Source: Octopus vulgaris (Eukaryota). Taken from it: 64,000 nucleotides of DNA. The notes under the pieces are model-generated. The model had not been told where the DNA came from, made no database searches, and was given only the letters and a program-made list of their open reading frames with translations. The position numbers and the translations under genes are program-made. Positions 40,301 through 54,744 of the stretch are shown piece by piece. Location of the stretch: assembly GCA_951406725.2 (NCBI GenBank), contig OX597823.1:55676001-55740000 (forward strand), written 5' to 3'. Every line of letters begins with the position of its first letter. Position 1 is the stretch's first letter.

Positions 40301-41179
40301 ATGAATAGTTACTCTACCAAAGTTAACTAACAAAATAACATTACTCATAAATAGCCGTGTGGTAAAAAGCTCGCTTGCAAACATAGTTTCGGATTCAGTC
40401 TGACACCTTGAGCAAGAGTTTGCTACTACAGCCCAAGACCAACCTACGCTTTGGGAATGAACATTGTAAACGTAAACTGTGTAGAAGCACGTCGTATACG
40501 TCGCATATGTCTATACTAATTCCCATTGTTCTCTAATTTTCCCAGTCTAACCCACCCACATCTTAGGGCTTGTGCTATACCTGGGTTTAACGGAAACAGT
40601 TAATCTTCAACTTGGACACAGACGTGTGTGTCTATGTTTCAATTATCGACTAGTTTTCGTCTACCACTCCTGCACAAAATGATAAACATTCATATGTATA
40701 TTTCATGCTCTACTCTATTGCATACATTCATCTATATCCACACTCTATGATGACCCATTCAGCTACCCTTACTATAATTATATTTTATATGTACTACCAC
40801 ATTGTTACGGCTTATTCACATCCACATCATTTAAAACACATGCACGCACACGCACACATTCACATAAGGTTTCTTTCATACAAATAGACGCAAACTTTAC
40901 TACAGTTTCCTCACGGTTATCTCCCTTAGCATCTACCCTGTCTTCGTGGAAGTAATCAATTCTACTCATTTTCTTTCAATGTCCGACATACTTCAGTTTT
41001 GATAATAACAACATGCATTTTAAGCTCCTTATTTCTCCTTTGTGGGCTTTCCACGTTCCCTCTTACATGACAAATGACAAATATCCGAAACGTCAATAAT
41101 TCTTCTTTTCCGTCGCCACAAGGTAGATATTTTGCTATTCATGTTTTGTTGTTTCGCACTTTCTATCTCGGGGTTTGCT

Positions 41180-41231
<52 letters not shown>

Positions 41232-41324
41232 ACTCACACACACACATACACACACAAACACATATTTATGCCTGTGTACGGGTATGTTTCTGTATGTAAG
41301 CTTGTATATATTTAAATTAGGAAG

Positions 41325-41368
<44 letters not shown>

Positions 41369-41694
41369 TGCATATACACATACACACATACGTGTATTTG
41401 TTTGTGAGTGAGTGTGTGTGCGTTTGTGTGCACGCGGGAGCGAGTGCGAGCGTGTGTATGTATATGTGTATCTGCACGCGTTTGAGTGTGCGTGCAGGCA
41501 TCCCCAGCATTTGGGAGAGCAAAAGGTTGACATACCTATAAATATAGAATGGAAATGAGCATATGAAAGGTTGAAAGAGTGATGTGGGTGGAAGTACTGT
41601 ATGAATTCAGTTGGTTGAGGAGTTACCAAGTTCATGAAGCACTTCACCTCGTACAACTATGTCGTTGAAAAAATCCATACACTTCTCTCTCTCT

Positions 41695-41725
<31 letters not shown>

Positions 41726-42167
41726 TTCGTTATGTTGACATACAACTTTATTATCTACAAACATTGCTATCATACATACTGTTATATTACTGCCTGCTAG
41801 TTCGTGTATAGGTTGCAGTGGTGGTGACTTTGTAGTGCTGCTGATAATATTTGCGTTGGTGTTGGTTTGGGAGGTGATGACGCGGATGGAGGCTGCGGTG
41901 CATTGCTGGTGGCAGCAGTATTCATATCGTGCGTGTTGATTGTGTTGCTGCTACTGTTTAGTTCCAAGTTCAATCACCATTGATCTAAGATCAAAGAGAT
42001 TTCATTCAACTTTTAAAATACACTAGGGCACACAACATTAACTCGTATCATTGTCTTTTTACTTTATAAACGGAGTTGCTTATCTTGTTGTAGTTGCTGT
42101 AGGTAATTATGGAGTCAGAGCATCGGCAATGACAGTGGTTGTAATGGAGTTTATATTGATGATAGGT

Positions 42168-42352
42168 CGTGGTGTCAATGGTGGTGGCGGCGGCGACGGT
42201 GGTGGTGGTGGTGGTGTCGGTGGTGGTGTCGGTGGTGGTGGTGGTGTCGGTGGTGGTGGTGGTGTCGGTGGTGGTGGTGGTGGTGTCGGTGGTGGTGGTG
42301 GTGGCGACGGTAGCGGCGGCGGCGGTAGCGGTGGCGGCGGGAGCGGCGGCGA

Positions 42353-42393
<41 letters not shown>
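42168..42393. repeat. (GGT)n/(GGC)n trinucleotide array
   Basis: GC-rich simple repeat; explains the poly-G, P, V and R ORFs. Confidence 0.95.
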
Positions 42394-42394
<1 letters not shown>

Positions 42395-43122
42395 ATAGCG
42401 AAGATTTGATTTAATGTATTTGAGTCGTATCAGATGCACCCTCGCATAAAGACGCATTCTTATTTTACAAGTATATTTTATAGAAAAAAAACAAAACAGA
42501 AAAAAGATTTAAGCGTTTCTTCATGTTTTTATTTAAAAGTATTTCAAAGTCGTTTTGTGAGAGAAAATGTAGGATTTTGTGCATGTAAATATATTGCTGT
42601 GACAGTATACAGGAATTTTTATGAAACCATAAATTTATCATAAATAAACTGCTTTATGGAAGTATCATGTCCCAACTTTATCTTATTTCAGATCAGCTGT
42701 GCAGTTTGATTATGTTTTGGTCAAGAGATTTGCCATACAGGATATAAAACTTGTAATTCTGGCTATAATGTTTTATCTAACAGCCATCGGCCATTAGTAT
42801 GGCATACCACCGCTTTGAACTTACTGTCATCGACTTATTGCAAATAGCAGACAGATGGATGACATTTTAATATTTTTCAACTTTCTAGTAGTATTATTTT
42901 CGGTACTAAAAATGTTTCTTAAAACTAACAGAGTCATTGAATAATATAAAGTATATACCATAATCATGTGACTAAAGATATACAAGGTATATATAGTGTG
43001 GGTTGTGTATGCTAGGTAGGAATGTATAAATAGATGGTGGGGCCTACAAACTTAACTGTTGTGATACAGAACGCGATATATTGACGTTCTTTTTCTTTTT
43101 TCCAGCATTTTACAATTAGTAA

Positions 43123-43340
43123 GACGGCGAGCTGGCAGAATCGTTAGCACGCCGGGCGAAATGCTTAGAACTATTTCGTCTGTCTTTGCATTTTGAGTTC
43201 AAATTCCGCCGAGGTCGACTTTGCCTTTCATACTTTTGGAGTCGATAAAATAAATATCAATCAAATGCTGGGGGGTCGATGTAACTAACAAGCCCCTCAC
43301 ACCTACTGAAATTGCTGTCTCCGTGCCAAAATTTGAAATT
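43123..43340 (+). mobile_element. Family B SINE, full length
   Basis: ggcgagctggcagaatcgttagcacgccgggcgaaatgctta...gagttcaaattccgccgaggtcgactttgcctttcat. Confidence 0.9.
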
Positions 43341-43498
43341 ATTATTATCAGGCCGGTAAGAGCATCAGAAGAAATGTTCTGTGTGTTTATATCCGTCTTC
43401 TACGTTTTGAGAAACATATCCGGGTTTATACGTTGTTTTTTATACTTCCGGCATTGAATAGTAATAATATTAATAACAATAACAACAACAACAACAAC

Positions 43499-43542
<44 letters not shown>

Positions 43543-43889
43543 TAATAATACCAGTCAAGGTTTGTGATCGATTTAATCGCCAATACTGCACCTCAAATCC
43601 TATTTTCTCACCCTTTCTGCCCCACCCCAAATTCATTGATTATTATTTATGTCACTTTAGTTCTAAGATGTGTATCCTGTTGTGATCGATTCCATTCACA
43701 TTTCATCCTATCCGGGTCAATAAAACAAAGTACCAATGAAGTACATCGAGTGACAGGGAGAGTGATGAAACTTAATTGATTACACACAAACCACCCCTCA
43801 AATTTGTAGCTTTGCAGATATAAGTTGAAGGCATTATTATTATTATTCTTATTATTCTTCTTCTTATTATTATTATTATTAACTTTACT

Positions 43890-44060
43890 AAGGCGACACG
43901 CTGGCAGAATAGTTAGCACGCCGGGCAAAATGCTTAGCGGCATTTCGCCCGTCTTTACATTTGTCGATGAATTAGGTACCAGTGAAATACTGGGGTCAAT
44001 GTAATCGACACGTCCCTTCTCCAAATTTCAGGACTTGTGACTGTAGTAGAAAGGATTATT
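43890..44060 (+). mobile_element. Family B SINE, internally deleted
   Basis: ctggcagaatagttagcacgccgggcaaaatgcttagcggcatttcg. Confidence 0.75.
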
Positions 44061-44738
44061 ATTAACTTTACTAAAGTTATGTTGTTGTTGATGATGATGA
44101 TGATGATGATGATGACAATTGCCACGTCGATGATGATGGCGATAATGATGACGATGACAACGACGTAATGAAAAAGATGATGATGATGATGATCAGTATC
44201 ATCATCATCATCATCATCATCATCAGGTTTTTCTCATCAGGATGGTCGGTAATGTTATTATCGATGTTCTTAATTCTGATTTTTGCTTTGATGTTCATCA
44301 TTGATTTTTTTTTTACTTTTTCTGAAATATTTTTTTCTTTCTTGATTTTGTATGAAAAAGAAAAAAAACCCTCCCAAAAGATAATATAAAACAGTAAAAA
44401 ACTAACACTATCAGAAGATATCAGAGGATTGGTTACTTGGAAAGAAAGATATTCACGTTAGAAAAGAGATGTTAAGATACACCAATGCGTATATCACCTC
44501 CTAAAACACATCAGTTTATTTTATTTTATCTATTTATTTATTTATTCATTTTTATGCTGTAATAATCATTTCAGGTAAATTCCTGGTAATATAACTATAA
44601 AACAAGTGCAGAACTTGAAGTTTTCGAAAACTATCTATATTATCTTTTACACACAATCATACACACTCATATACCAGACGCCTATATAAAGATATATAAA
44701 AATGTGTGCTTGTATGTACACACGTATGTAAGCGCGTA

Positions 44739-44796
<58 letters not shown>

Positions 44797-44966
44797 GCGC
44801 GCGGTGTACATATATGTATATATGTGCTCTTATCGATATACATAACTATATATGTGAATAATTATATATTTTTATGTATGTAGGGAAACATAATATGCAC
44901 GGAATTGAAATATAAACGGAGACAAAATACTAAAGTTATATAAGCTGGAGAAAGATATTTATATGC

Positions 44967-45022
<56 letters not shown>

Positions 45023-45126
45023 GTAAATATATATATACACACACACACACATATGTATATATGTATGCATCAATATATGTATCTAGCTATCTATATGTTG
45101 TGTATATCTATCTATATGTATGTGTG

Positions 45127-45184
<58 letters not shown>

Positions 45185-45215
45185 TACATATACATATATA
45201 CATATATACATATAC

Positions 45216-45304
<89 letters not shown>

Positions 45305-45515
45305 CACAGGCATACATACATATAGATAAATTAGCACGGAGCCTAAGGTTACAGAAAAGTATCAGCCTGCTAGAAATAAGAGTTAAAGTCGTACTTAAAC
45401 CACCATAAAGCACCAAGATAACAGTAGGCGAGGAAACGGAGAGAATTAATACATTCAAAACACAACTATGAAAGATTATGCAGTTTAGGACATCCACATA
45501 CTCGGGTTTCGGCTT

Positions 45516-45740
45516 TTGAAAAGGTATTGCAACAGCCTCGGTTTCAGGGGACCTCAGCTCTTTAATATCCTGCCAAAACAACTGAGAAACCTGCAAGACA
45601 TGGATGCAGAGGTCTTTAAAATAAAACTCGACACTTTCCTGGCCACGATACCAGACGAACCGATGGCCCGAAATGAGACACTGTTGAGGGCAGCGATGTC
45701 AAATTTTCTTATACACCAGATGTACCATCGAAATTCTTGA
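45516..45740 (+). pseudogene. CR1-like LINE ORF2 extreme C-terminus
   Basis: [20 protein letters not shown]...[17 protein letters not shown] is a typical LINE ORF2 tail. Confidence 0.8.
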
Positions 45741-46009
45741 TTAGACTACATCAGCTGGCAGAGAAGAGCCATGCAAGAAACATGCAGAGAGCACAGCATA
45801 ATAAGGGAAAGTCACAATGGTATATCTAGTAATGTTTAATGGTGTTTGTGGCAGAGACGCATATGAATTTGTAATGATTAATCTATAGTTATGCACGCCA
45901 CTGCGTGAATTAGAACTGAAATATGAATATTCGAAGGATTTTAAACTGCAAGAGGAATTCGATAACAACGTGGTCCAATTTGGAATATACTTTCGGCATG
46001 TAGGAAATC

Positions 46010-46352
46010 ACACAGCGGAGAATCCTGTCGAGCGAGTTGGACAGTTAATGGACCGCTTGTGAAAGTTGCCACATCGGTTTTTGTTTTTTTCTATCTCTTC
46101 CTCAACATGAAAATGCAGCTCAAAGGTCACTGTTTTAATACCGTTGTCGAGATCAAAAGCGAATCGCAGACAGTCCTCGATTCGCTTACGGAAACCGACT
46201 TCCAGGTCGAATTCCAAAATTGGCAGGAACACTGAGAGCGGTGTATTGCTGCGCAAGGTGAGTATTTCGAAGGAGATGGTGTTTAAACTTAGTTAAATAA
46301 ATTATATTTTATTAAACATAACTTGTCTGGGAACTTTTTGATACCACTTCGT
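46010..46352. mobile_element. mariner-derived fragment with one TIR
   Basis: Ends in actttttgataccacttcg-TA (CGAAGTGGTATCAAAAAGT terminus on the minus strand). Confidence 0.45.
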
Positions 46353-46364
46353 ATATTATAGTCG

Positions 46365-46765
46365 ATACTTACTTAAGTCCCTTTCTCTCCTTCGACGACT
46401 TTTCTCCACCCTCTCGAATCTGAGCAGTTTTTTTTCTGCTTCTGTCCAGCTAGATCCCTGCCTTTTCATCTCTGCCTGAGTCTCCCCAATCTCTTTCGGG
46501 TTCTCTGTCATATGTTTAGCACAGGGAAGGCCTTCCTCTCCTAGGTCTTTTTGGTTTTGAATTGTAATTGATATTTCTGTAATTCTGCTTTTTTCTAGGA
46601 GGGGGTCGTGGTGTTGCTTTCTTGGCCCTATGCAACTCAAAGTTTACCGCTGGAAAAAAGTGTTCCATTTTTAGCCAAGGCTCTGTTCGTTCACCTGTCA
46701 AGCATGGGAGGCCCTAACAGGAGCTTGCATTCCAGTGACATAGCTCTCAGTATCATTGAGATCAA
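46365..46765 (-). mobile_element. Internally deleted RTE LINE (5' UTR joined to ORF C-terminus and TAAG tail)
   Basis: RTE-type leader gagagctatgtc...gggcctcccatgcttgacaggt, then AEMKRQGSSWTEAEK/TAQIREG and ...cttaagtaagta. Confidence 0.6.
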
Positions 46766-47231
46766 CGACGACTGCAATTTGTCTCAGAGAGTAGTGGGTA
46801 GCTTGATAAGAATACTTCTACTTTTGATGTCCCATCATTAATATGATAATATTTTTATGCATAAAACATCATGAATCAAAAAAACTGAAATAAATGTGAA
46901 TATTTGAAATTTATCAACAGTAAGATGATTATTAACTGAATGTAAACATCCGAGTTATACATTCAATATTCGGAAGGATATTCCTGATTGACGCGTTTCA
47001 TAGTTGGCTTACCGTCCGTCAGGGAGAAGTACCAGAAGTTGCCCCACTGCAAGAACAGCTAAAATGTTTTCGAATATTTACATTTATATCATATCATTTT
47101 TTTCTGATTCACTACATTGTACACACACACACACATACACTCTACACATACTCACGCCCCCACCCCACACACAGTGGGTCTCTTTCAATATCCGTCCACC
47201 AAATTCACTCAAGGTTTTAGGCGACCCGAAG

Positions 47232-47612
47232 CCACTGATGTTATCCAAGGGAAAGGCAAAGGCCGATACAGCTTGGCACCAGTGACGTCGCAGCTCATTT
47301 ATTAACGTGCAAGTGGCAGAGCACTCCACAGACATGTGTACCCTTAACGTAGTTCTCGGGGAAATTCAGCGTGACACAGAGTGTTTCAAGGCTGGTCCTT
47401 TGAAATACAGGTACAACGGAAACAGGAAGAAAGAGTGAGAGAAAGTTGTGGCGAAAGAGTACAGCAGGGTTCCCCACCACCCTCTGCCGGAGCCTCGTGT
47501 AGCTTTAGGTGTTTTCGCTCAATAAACACTCACAATGCCCGGTCTGGGAATCGAAACCGCGATCCTACGGCCGCGAGCCTGCTGCCCTAACCACTGGGCC
47601 ATTGCGCCTCCT
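47232..47612 (-). mobile_element. Family C SINE, near full length
   Basis: Reverse complement of the head at 34426 plus body blocks shared with 3113 and 5468. Confidence 0.9.
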
Positions 47613-47628
47613 CACCCATATAAATATA

Positions 47629-47710
<82 letters not shown>

Positions 47711-48055
47711 AATGCTAGAATTAGTTATTTCGGAATGGGTATAAAATGTAAGAGAAACTAAAGATGATATACTAGCACTTTGATTCTGATCACACGAGGA
47801 TGCGCATGTGTAAAGTTACTGCTGCATCATATTCACACAATATTGTGTATAATATATGTAACATTCAATATTTAACAGCTGATGAAAATGCGTTGAAAGA
47901 ATTGTAACGATTTTTAATAAAGCCTGTTCAATCCATATTCTCAAATTAATTTCTCTTTTTTCTCCTTATACTGTGCAGATATCGACTAACAGGAAAAGTC
48001 CGATATCCGGAGAGGAGCTTTGGAAAGAACACTACCAGTTTATTATTCGATATTG

Positions 48056-48111
<56 letters not shown>

Positions 48112-48944
48112 ATGCCAATATACACAGTAGTAAGAAAACCGAGGAAGAGAATTTCGATTGACCCCACGTTGTGAGTTGTAATGCAAATATGTATAAATAA
48201 ATAATAAAATAAGGAACACGTCGCAATTTACGTAGTTTTAATATATTTTAAATGAAAGAGTATTGTGATTGCCGACCGGTTTCACTTTCGCTAATCATAA
48301 CATTGAAATTATTGTGATTTCGTATTTTCTTAAGAAGTATTGTTTAGTCCATGTTCTTGTATGAAAGTTTGCAGATGAATATACACACACACACATGGAC
48401 ATATACATACACACATATACACATTCATATGTATGAATATACGTATGCATATATGTAGGCGTATGTGTATGTGAATGTGTGCTTGTGTGTATTTGTGTGT
48501 TGGACTAGGACTACCACGTATAGCAAGCTATCTAAACATTTACCTCCGTTCTTCAGCTAAACGAAGTGTTTCTGCTTCAGAATTAGAATGTTGGCCTTTC
48601 AGTGCATCACTACCTTTCTGAACTATGTGTATTTTTTTTCAAATTCTTTACGACTGACTCGAACGCAAATATGCTATTCTCCGTTGTGTTTGTCACAAGA
48701 AAACAGCTTCTTAACGACGATGTGTTGAATACACTTTCAATTCATTAGTACAAGGCATACTGGGACATCAAGTATTTCGACATATGTCATGTCTCATCAG
48801 CCTGTGTCATAAACACATACTCTCCCTTTCTCTCTCTCTCTCTCTCTTAATATATATATGTATGTATGAGTGTGTATATATATATACACACACAAAGAGA
48901 GAGAGGTACATAGATAAACCGAAGCATACCAACATGCACACACC

Positions 48945-48996
<52 letters not shown>

Positions 48997-49479
48997 CATA
49001 CATACACACACACTCTACTTATGTGTATTTAACAAAGGTCCGTATCTTTCTACAAGTTTCTATATCTTAAGTTTTCCTCTCTACCTTTTGTTCTCTTTAC
49101 AATCCACGTGCATGTGTAAGAAATGTATTTACGAACGTACACACATAAACAAATATATGTATACATACATGTGTGCATGTATACGTGCTTACGTGCGTGA
49201 GTGCGTGCATGTGTGTGTGTGTGCGTGTGCCTGTGTGTGTGCGTGTGCCTGTGTGTGTGCCTCTGTGTGTGTGTATGTGTGTGTGTGTGTAACTATAAGG
49301 AGAACTATGTATTCAACAAGTTCCTACGTTCTGCTTGAACAACTTGTGTAATTGAGTGTGGGCTACTTAGAAATACAACCGACATCGTCCACTGCTCAGT
49401 CGTGTTACACAGGAGACTAAACAAAGGATACTAATTAATTAGTCAGGTTTTGGTTCAGTGTTTAGCTTTATTAAAGATC

Positions 49480-49750
49480 CATTGTCTCAGCAATGAAGTA
49501 ATGAAGTGAATATGAACTCCTGCGTATATTTCTTTCACTTGTCACATATTCATCCTGCAAGCAATTCGCTATCTAAATTCACTTACATGTTGGTTCCTAA
49601 CTTTCCTCTCAGTAGTCTCGAAGGTCTTCATAAAGGCCAAGTACAATGCATTTCTTTACAAAAACAAAAGCATATACGCTTAAAAAGTGAAGAAAATTTT
49701 ATCTCCATCAGTTTCATTGATGGAAAACTTGTCCCAATTGTGTGATCAAC
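49480..49750 (-). pseudogene. Possible very decayed RTE RT remnant
   Basis: Minus strand LYLAFM.K.F resembles LY.AFVDLEKAFD; little other support. Confidence 0.25.
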
Positions 49751-50055
49751 CCAACTAGCTACTCGCGGAGTAATTAGCGGATAAGTGGTTCAGTATTCCA
49801 TAGGCACAAGTAACTTTAATGTAACCTTTTTAATGTAACCCAGTGTGACGCAGTGTATGGCAAGGTAGTTTCTTTTGATTTTACAACTGAAAATCCACCC
49901 GATGAGCCTCCGTTCAGTTCTTCTTTCTCCCTGCCCGATTTCACTGACCATAAAAGTTCCCGACACTATTCTATACGGTATCTCGGAATGCATTATCAAA
50001 TATGTCCTACTTTATTTCAAATAATAGTCTGTGAACTGAGTGTGGATTTGAATGT

Positions 50056-50145
<90 letters not shown>

Positions 50146-50149
50146 GTTA

Positions 50150-50216
<67 letters not shown>

Positions 50217-50246
50217 GACAGGCATATTGATAGATAGATAACAGAC

Positions 50247-50283
<37 letters not shown>

Positions 50284-50286
<3 letters not shown>

Positions 50287-50495
50287 TACTTGTTTCAGTC
50301 ATTAGACTGTGGCCATGCTAGAGCACTGCATTGAACAATTTATAGCCGAATGTATCGACCCCCAGTACTTCTTTTAAGCATGGTAATTATTCTATCGATA
50401 TCTTTTGCCGTACCGCTAGTTAACGGGGACATAAAGAGTCCAATACCGGTTGTCAAGCGATGGAGGCGGGGAGAAACACAGACATAAATATATAC

Positions 50496-50543
<48 letters not shown>

Positions 50544-51157
50544 CCCTTCACCTCTGCCGGTTGCTCACACGTGACTACAGGCCATTTCTCTCGCCTCTCG
50601 ACATTTCTTCTCTTCTATTTATTCTATCTATATCCTTTCAAAATTTATCCTAGGTGTTACCCATTACAATTCATCTTGGCCTAACTGCCCTTAATGTTTC
50701 TCTTCGTCGATTGTTAACTCTGTACGACCACTCTGTTGCTCCACAAATTTATATTTTTAAAATTTCTGGATGCTGCTGTCTTCTGAAGTTTTCCTGTCTT
50801 GTCGTAGAAAGCATGAAATGGGGAGTAGTAAAATAGTCGACAACTGAGGAGGAGTTATACTTCTTTTGGTATTTTGTCTTGTTATCTCTCATATCTTTAA
50901 GTATTTTTAACTCGTTTGTGACGTCCTGTACTTACCTCGTATGTTAACGTATTTTTCCCTCGTTGGTGATATCCTGTACTTAACGTGTGTTTACATATAT
51001 ACGACGGGCTTCTTTCAGTTTCCGTTTACCAAATACACTCACAAGACTGGTCGGTCCGAGGCTATAGTAGAATACACTTTCCTAAGGTGCCATGCAGTGT
51101 GACTGAAGCCGGAACTATGTGGTTAGGAAACAGACTTCTTACCACACGCCCACACCT
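50284..51157 (-). mobile_element. SINE family A split by an insertion of about 450 bp (50540-50990) in its microsatellite
   Basis: 3' half at 50284-50490; 5' half acgacgggcttctttcagtttccg... at 51000-51157. Confidence 0.8.
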
Positions 51158-51166
51158 GATATATAT

Positions 51167-51286
<120 letters not shown>

Positions 51287-51430
51287 GCGACAAAATCTAT
51301 CATATTAATGCCCTATATTTCTAATCGTATATCAATCAATGTATCTAGCAAGCTAGCTCTTTGTCTATCATTTTATTTATCTATCAATTTATCTTTCTGG
51401 GGGGAGGCGTACGTGCGTGTATATATATAT

Positions 51431-51482
<52 letters not shown>

Positions 51483-51979
51483 ATCCATCTAGGTGTTTCT
51501 CTAGTTGTTTATCCAGCTATACATCTATCCATCTATCTGCTAACATATCAAACGAATCGAACGAGTAAGTTGAGTCTCTTTCACCGACACCTGTTTACAC
51601 AAGCTGGTTCAGTGCAGAGAGTGCAGCAATTGTAATTTTCCCAATAACAGTTTCAGGGTAAACGGAAAACTCTTTGATTCATTTCGTATCTGAAATAAAG
51701 TACATTTTTTCATTCATATCTGATTGATAATAAATGTAGAATATTCTTTTTTTAACGCCAGGTGCCATTCAGCCTGAAGATCCTAGAGAATCTAATGTAG
51801 TGATTTGTATGAATATTGACAGATGTACCTCTAAAGAAAAGCCTAGGGAAAATCCGAAATAATATCCCAAAGTTTTCCCGTGATATTTATACATACATAC
51901 ATACATACATACATACATGCATACATACATACACACATACATACACACATACATACAAACAAGCAAACATACATATATA

Positions 51980-52170
51980 CGAGTGGAATTTGTCCCCCCA
52001 CTTTTGCTTGACGACTGATGATAGCGTGTTTATATCCCGGTAACATTAGTGGTTCGGCAAAAGAAAACGATAGAATAAGTCCTGAGATCGATTTCTTCGA
52101 CTAAAACCCTTTAAAGCAGTGTTCCAGCATGGGTACAGTGAAATGACTAAAACGTGTAAAAGAGTAAAAG
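51980..52170 (+). mobile_element. SINE family A, 3' half
   Basis: ggttcggcaaaaga..cgatagaataagt...ccagcatgg...aaatgact.aaac. Confidence 0.75.
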
Positions 52171-52972
52171 ATATATATATGTGTGTGTGTGTGTGTGTAT
52201 GTATATTTCGTTTTGTGATTTGGTTTGCAACATACTTTATGTGAGTTCGTGTGTTGAAGCATATTCTGTTGCGACTGGGGAGAGTCATTCTCTTTTGCTG
52301 CCTTATAATTTAACACACTCACCGGTAAAATCTCCACTCATTTACTTATTTTTCATAAATTTTCGTTGCGTCTTGCAACCTTTTCAGTAATTGTTGACTT
52401 TGTCCGTTATTCAAGCTGCGTTCGATTTGTTTGTTTGTGCGCATGTGTGTGGGTAAGTGTGTGTGCTGATACCCGTATGTATGTATGCATGTATGTATGT
52501 ATGTATCCGAGCACCCGAAGGACCCAACACTCAGACAAATACAGGAGCACGTCCATATAAATGAAACATCCCTAGTGCTAAATAGGAAATATACGTAGTA
52601 GATAATCACCCCTCCCCCCACCATAATTACAGTTTATATTTATATATAGGTAAAATAGTTAGTGTGCTGTTATGTAGATGTGTGTGTGTGTGTATGTATA
52701 TGCACATGTATATAGGCAAATGGATATGAAAGTAAACAGATAGACATACTGACGGATAGGTACATAGGTAATATGAACAGAGAAGTACAAATATACATAC
52801 GCAAAGGAAAACTGAAACACATAACCATTTACACACACACACACACACATACACTTCACTTCACACAAGGTCATATATGGAGATATCTATTAAAGACTTG
52901 ATATAGATATGCTCGTTCATATATTGACGCATCCGCATAAACGCGAATATATAGACTTGTACTCACAGGAGC

Positions 52973-53003
<31 letters not shown>

Positions 53004-53016
53004 AACAGACATAGTA

Positions 53017-53330
53017 AAGGCGCGTGGCGTAGTGGTCAGCGTACCCGCCTCACGATCGTAAAATCGTTTGTTCGATTCCCTGCGGCGCGTTGTGTTCGTT
53101 AGCAACACATTTTATTGCATTTTGTGCCAGTTCACTTAGCTGGCAGAAATGAGTTGTATTTCGAAGGGTCGGCCTTCTCACATTCTGTGTCACGCTGCAA
53201 GTCCCTGAGAACTACGTTTCAAAGATACGCGTGTCTGTAGAGAGCTTAGCGCTTGTAGGCTAACTTCACGAGCAGGTTGTTCAACGGATCAACTGGAATA
53301 CTCATCGTTGTATTCGACGGAGTGCTAGTT
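53017..53330 (+). mobile_element. Family C SINE
   Basis: ggcgcgtggcgtagtggtcagcg...ttcgattccc...ccctgagaactacg. Confidence 0.8.
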
Positions 53331-53605
53331 TCATACAAGTATACCTCAGTTTACGTTGGCAAGTGATTGCAAGGAATGCGAAGAAACGTGCAAAACGACG
53401 CAACACGACAAATCATTCTTTAAAAAATTCTATTATCTTCTATCTGTTTTAATGAATGGTCTATACGTATATTTTCATAATTTCTTTTTTCTAATTTTTA
53501 TGATTATCCGACTTACGACGGATAACTCGACTGAAATTCAGTTTTATTTCTTAAATGTCGGAAAAGACATTACTCGAAACGACGTAAGTTGAGGCATGCC
53601 TACCT

Positions 53606-53644
<39 letters not shown>

Positions 53645-54158
53645 GATGGATGTGTGTGCGTGCGCATGTGTGTGCGCGAATTTATATATATAGATAGACA
53701 GATAGGCAGATAGAGATATAAATAGACAGATAGGTTAAAATCATTAAATGTGCAACTTCTGCATAAAAAAATAGGGATTTAATGCTTTTAAGCGAGTTCA
53801 GTGGACCAACCCAATGACGCAGAACTGGTAAGGTCGGTGCTAGCGTTATCACTGTTGTCAGCGGAAATTAAATTAATTAAAATAAAATGCATGGTTTTGG
53901 GAAAGAACCATTAGCTTAATGATAAAGCATAGTGAAGGAAAGCAAGGGTGACAACCCAGAAAATTTAATTAAATAGAAATACAGTGTGGACAAAACGTTG
54001 CTTCTAATAGTACCCGATGAAGAAAGTGCTTGAGGACAGTACTACCAAAGAATACTGGCAGAGAAGGTGGATGGGTGGCTGGATGACAGGAATTTAATTT
54101 TACTAAATACAATTATTTTGCTCCCTAAATTAAGCATGTTAGCGCCACCATTTAATAT

Positions 54159-54370
54159 AAGGGGGTGCTTAAAAGTTCTTGGCTTTTGTTAAAAGAAAAT
54201 ACAAGAGGATCAGCTAATTATGATGTTATTCAATGTACTCCTCTCAGATTCACACACTTACTACAGTAGCTCTTCAGTTTTCCTAAGCCCTGTAAAAACA
54301 CGCGGAAGGTTGAGCCTCCAACCATTCTATTCGCGGCACCCTTAAAGCCCAGAACTTTTCAACGACTCCT

Positions 54371-54372
<2 letters not shown>
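54159..54372. mobile_element. mariner-type MITE copy 1
   Basis: TIRs gggggtgcttaaaagttcttggctt / aagcccagaacttttcaacgactcctc. Confidence 0.8.
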
Positions 54373-54413
<41 letters not shown>

Positions 54414-54417
54414 CATA

Positions 54418-54630
54418 CGAGGGGATGTTGAAATGTTCCTGGCTTTGGGTAAAAGAAAATACAAGAGAATGAATTATGATTTTATTCAACATATTCCCAT
54501 CTCAGATTCACACACGTATTGCAGTGATCCTTCAGTTTTTCTAAGACCTGTAAAATAAACTCGGAATGTTGGGCCTCTAACTGAGTCTTTCGCCATACCC
54601 TTAAAGCCAAGAACTTCTCAGTACCTTTCG
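54418..54630. mobile_element. mariner-type MITE copy 2
   Basis: TA-cgaggggatgttgaaatgttcctggcttt ... aaagccaagaacttctcagtacctttcg-TA; colinear with copy 1. Confidence 0.85.
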
Positions 54631-54744
54631 TATATAGCTTATATCCAGAATGCGTTCATCGGTCTTTCCAGTTATTCTGACGTTTGTTGTTTTTAGCCAA
54701 AGATCAACTCTCAATTTTATGTCTTTGACTTGCGTTAGCCAACA

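Noticed and set aside
42051-42457. Proline-rich or glycine-rich formin/extensin-like ORFs
   Set aside because: Produced entirely by the GGT/GGC repeat; the flanks show no coding character.
47875-47915. ctgatga...gaaagaattgta as a hammerhead
   Set aside because: GAAAC is mutated and stems I and II do not pair convincingly.
51768-51860. ctgaaga-tcctag...ctagg-gaaa as a hammerhead
   Set aside because: A stem II is possible, but there is no stem III or cleavage triplet and no stem I.
53740-53980. Homeodomain-site-rich candidate enhancer
   Set aside because: TAAT/ATTA words are expected at this AT content; needs conservation data.
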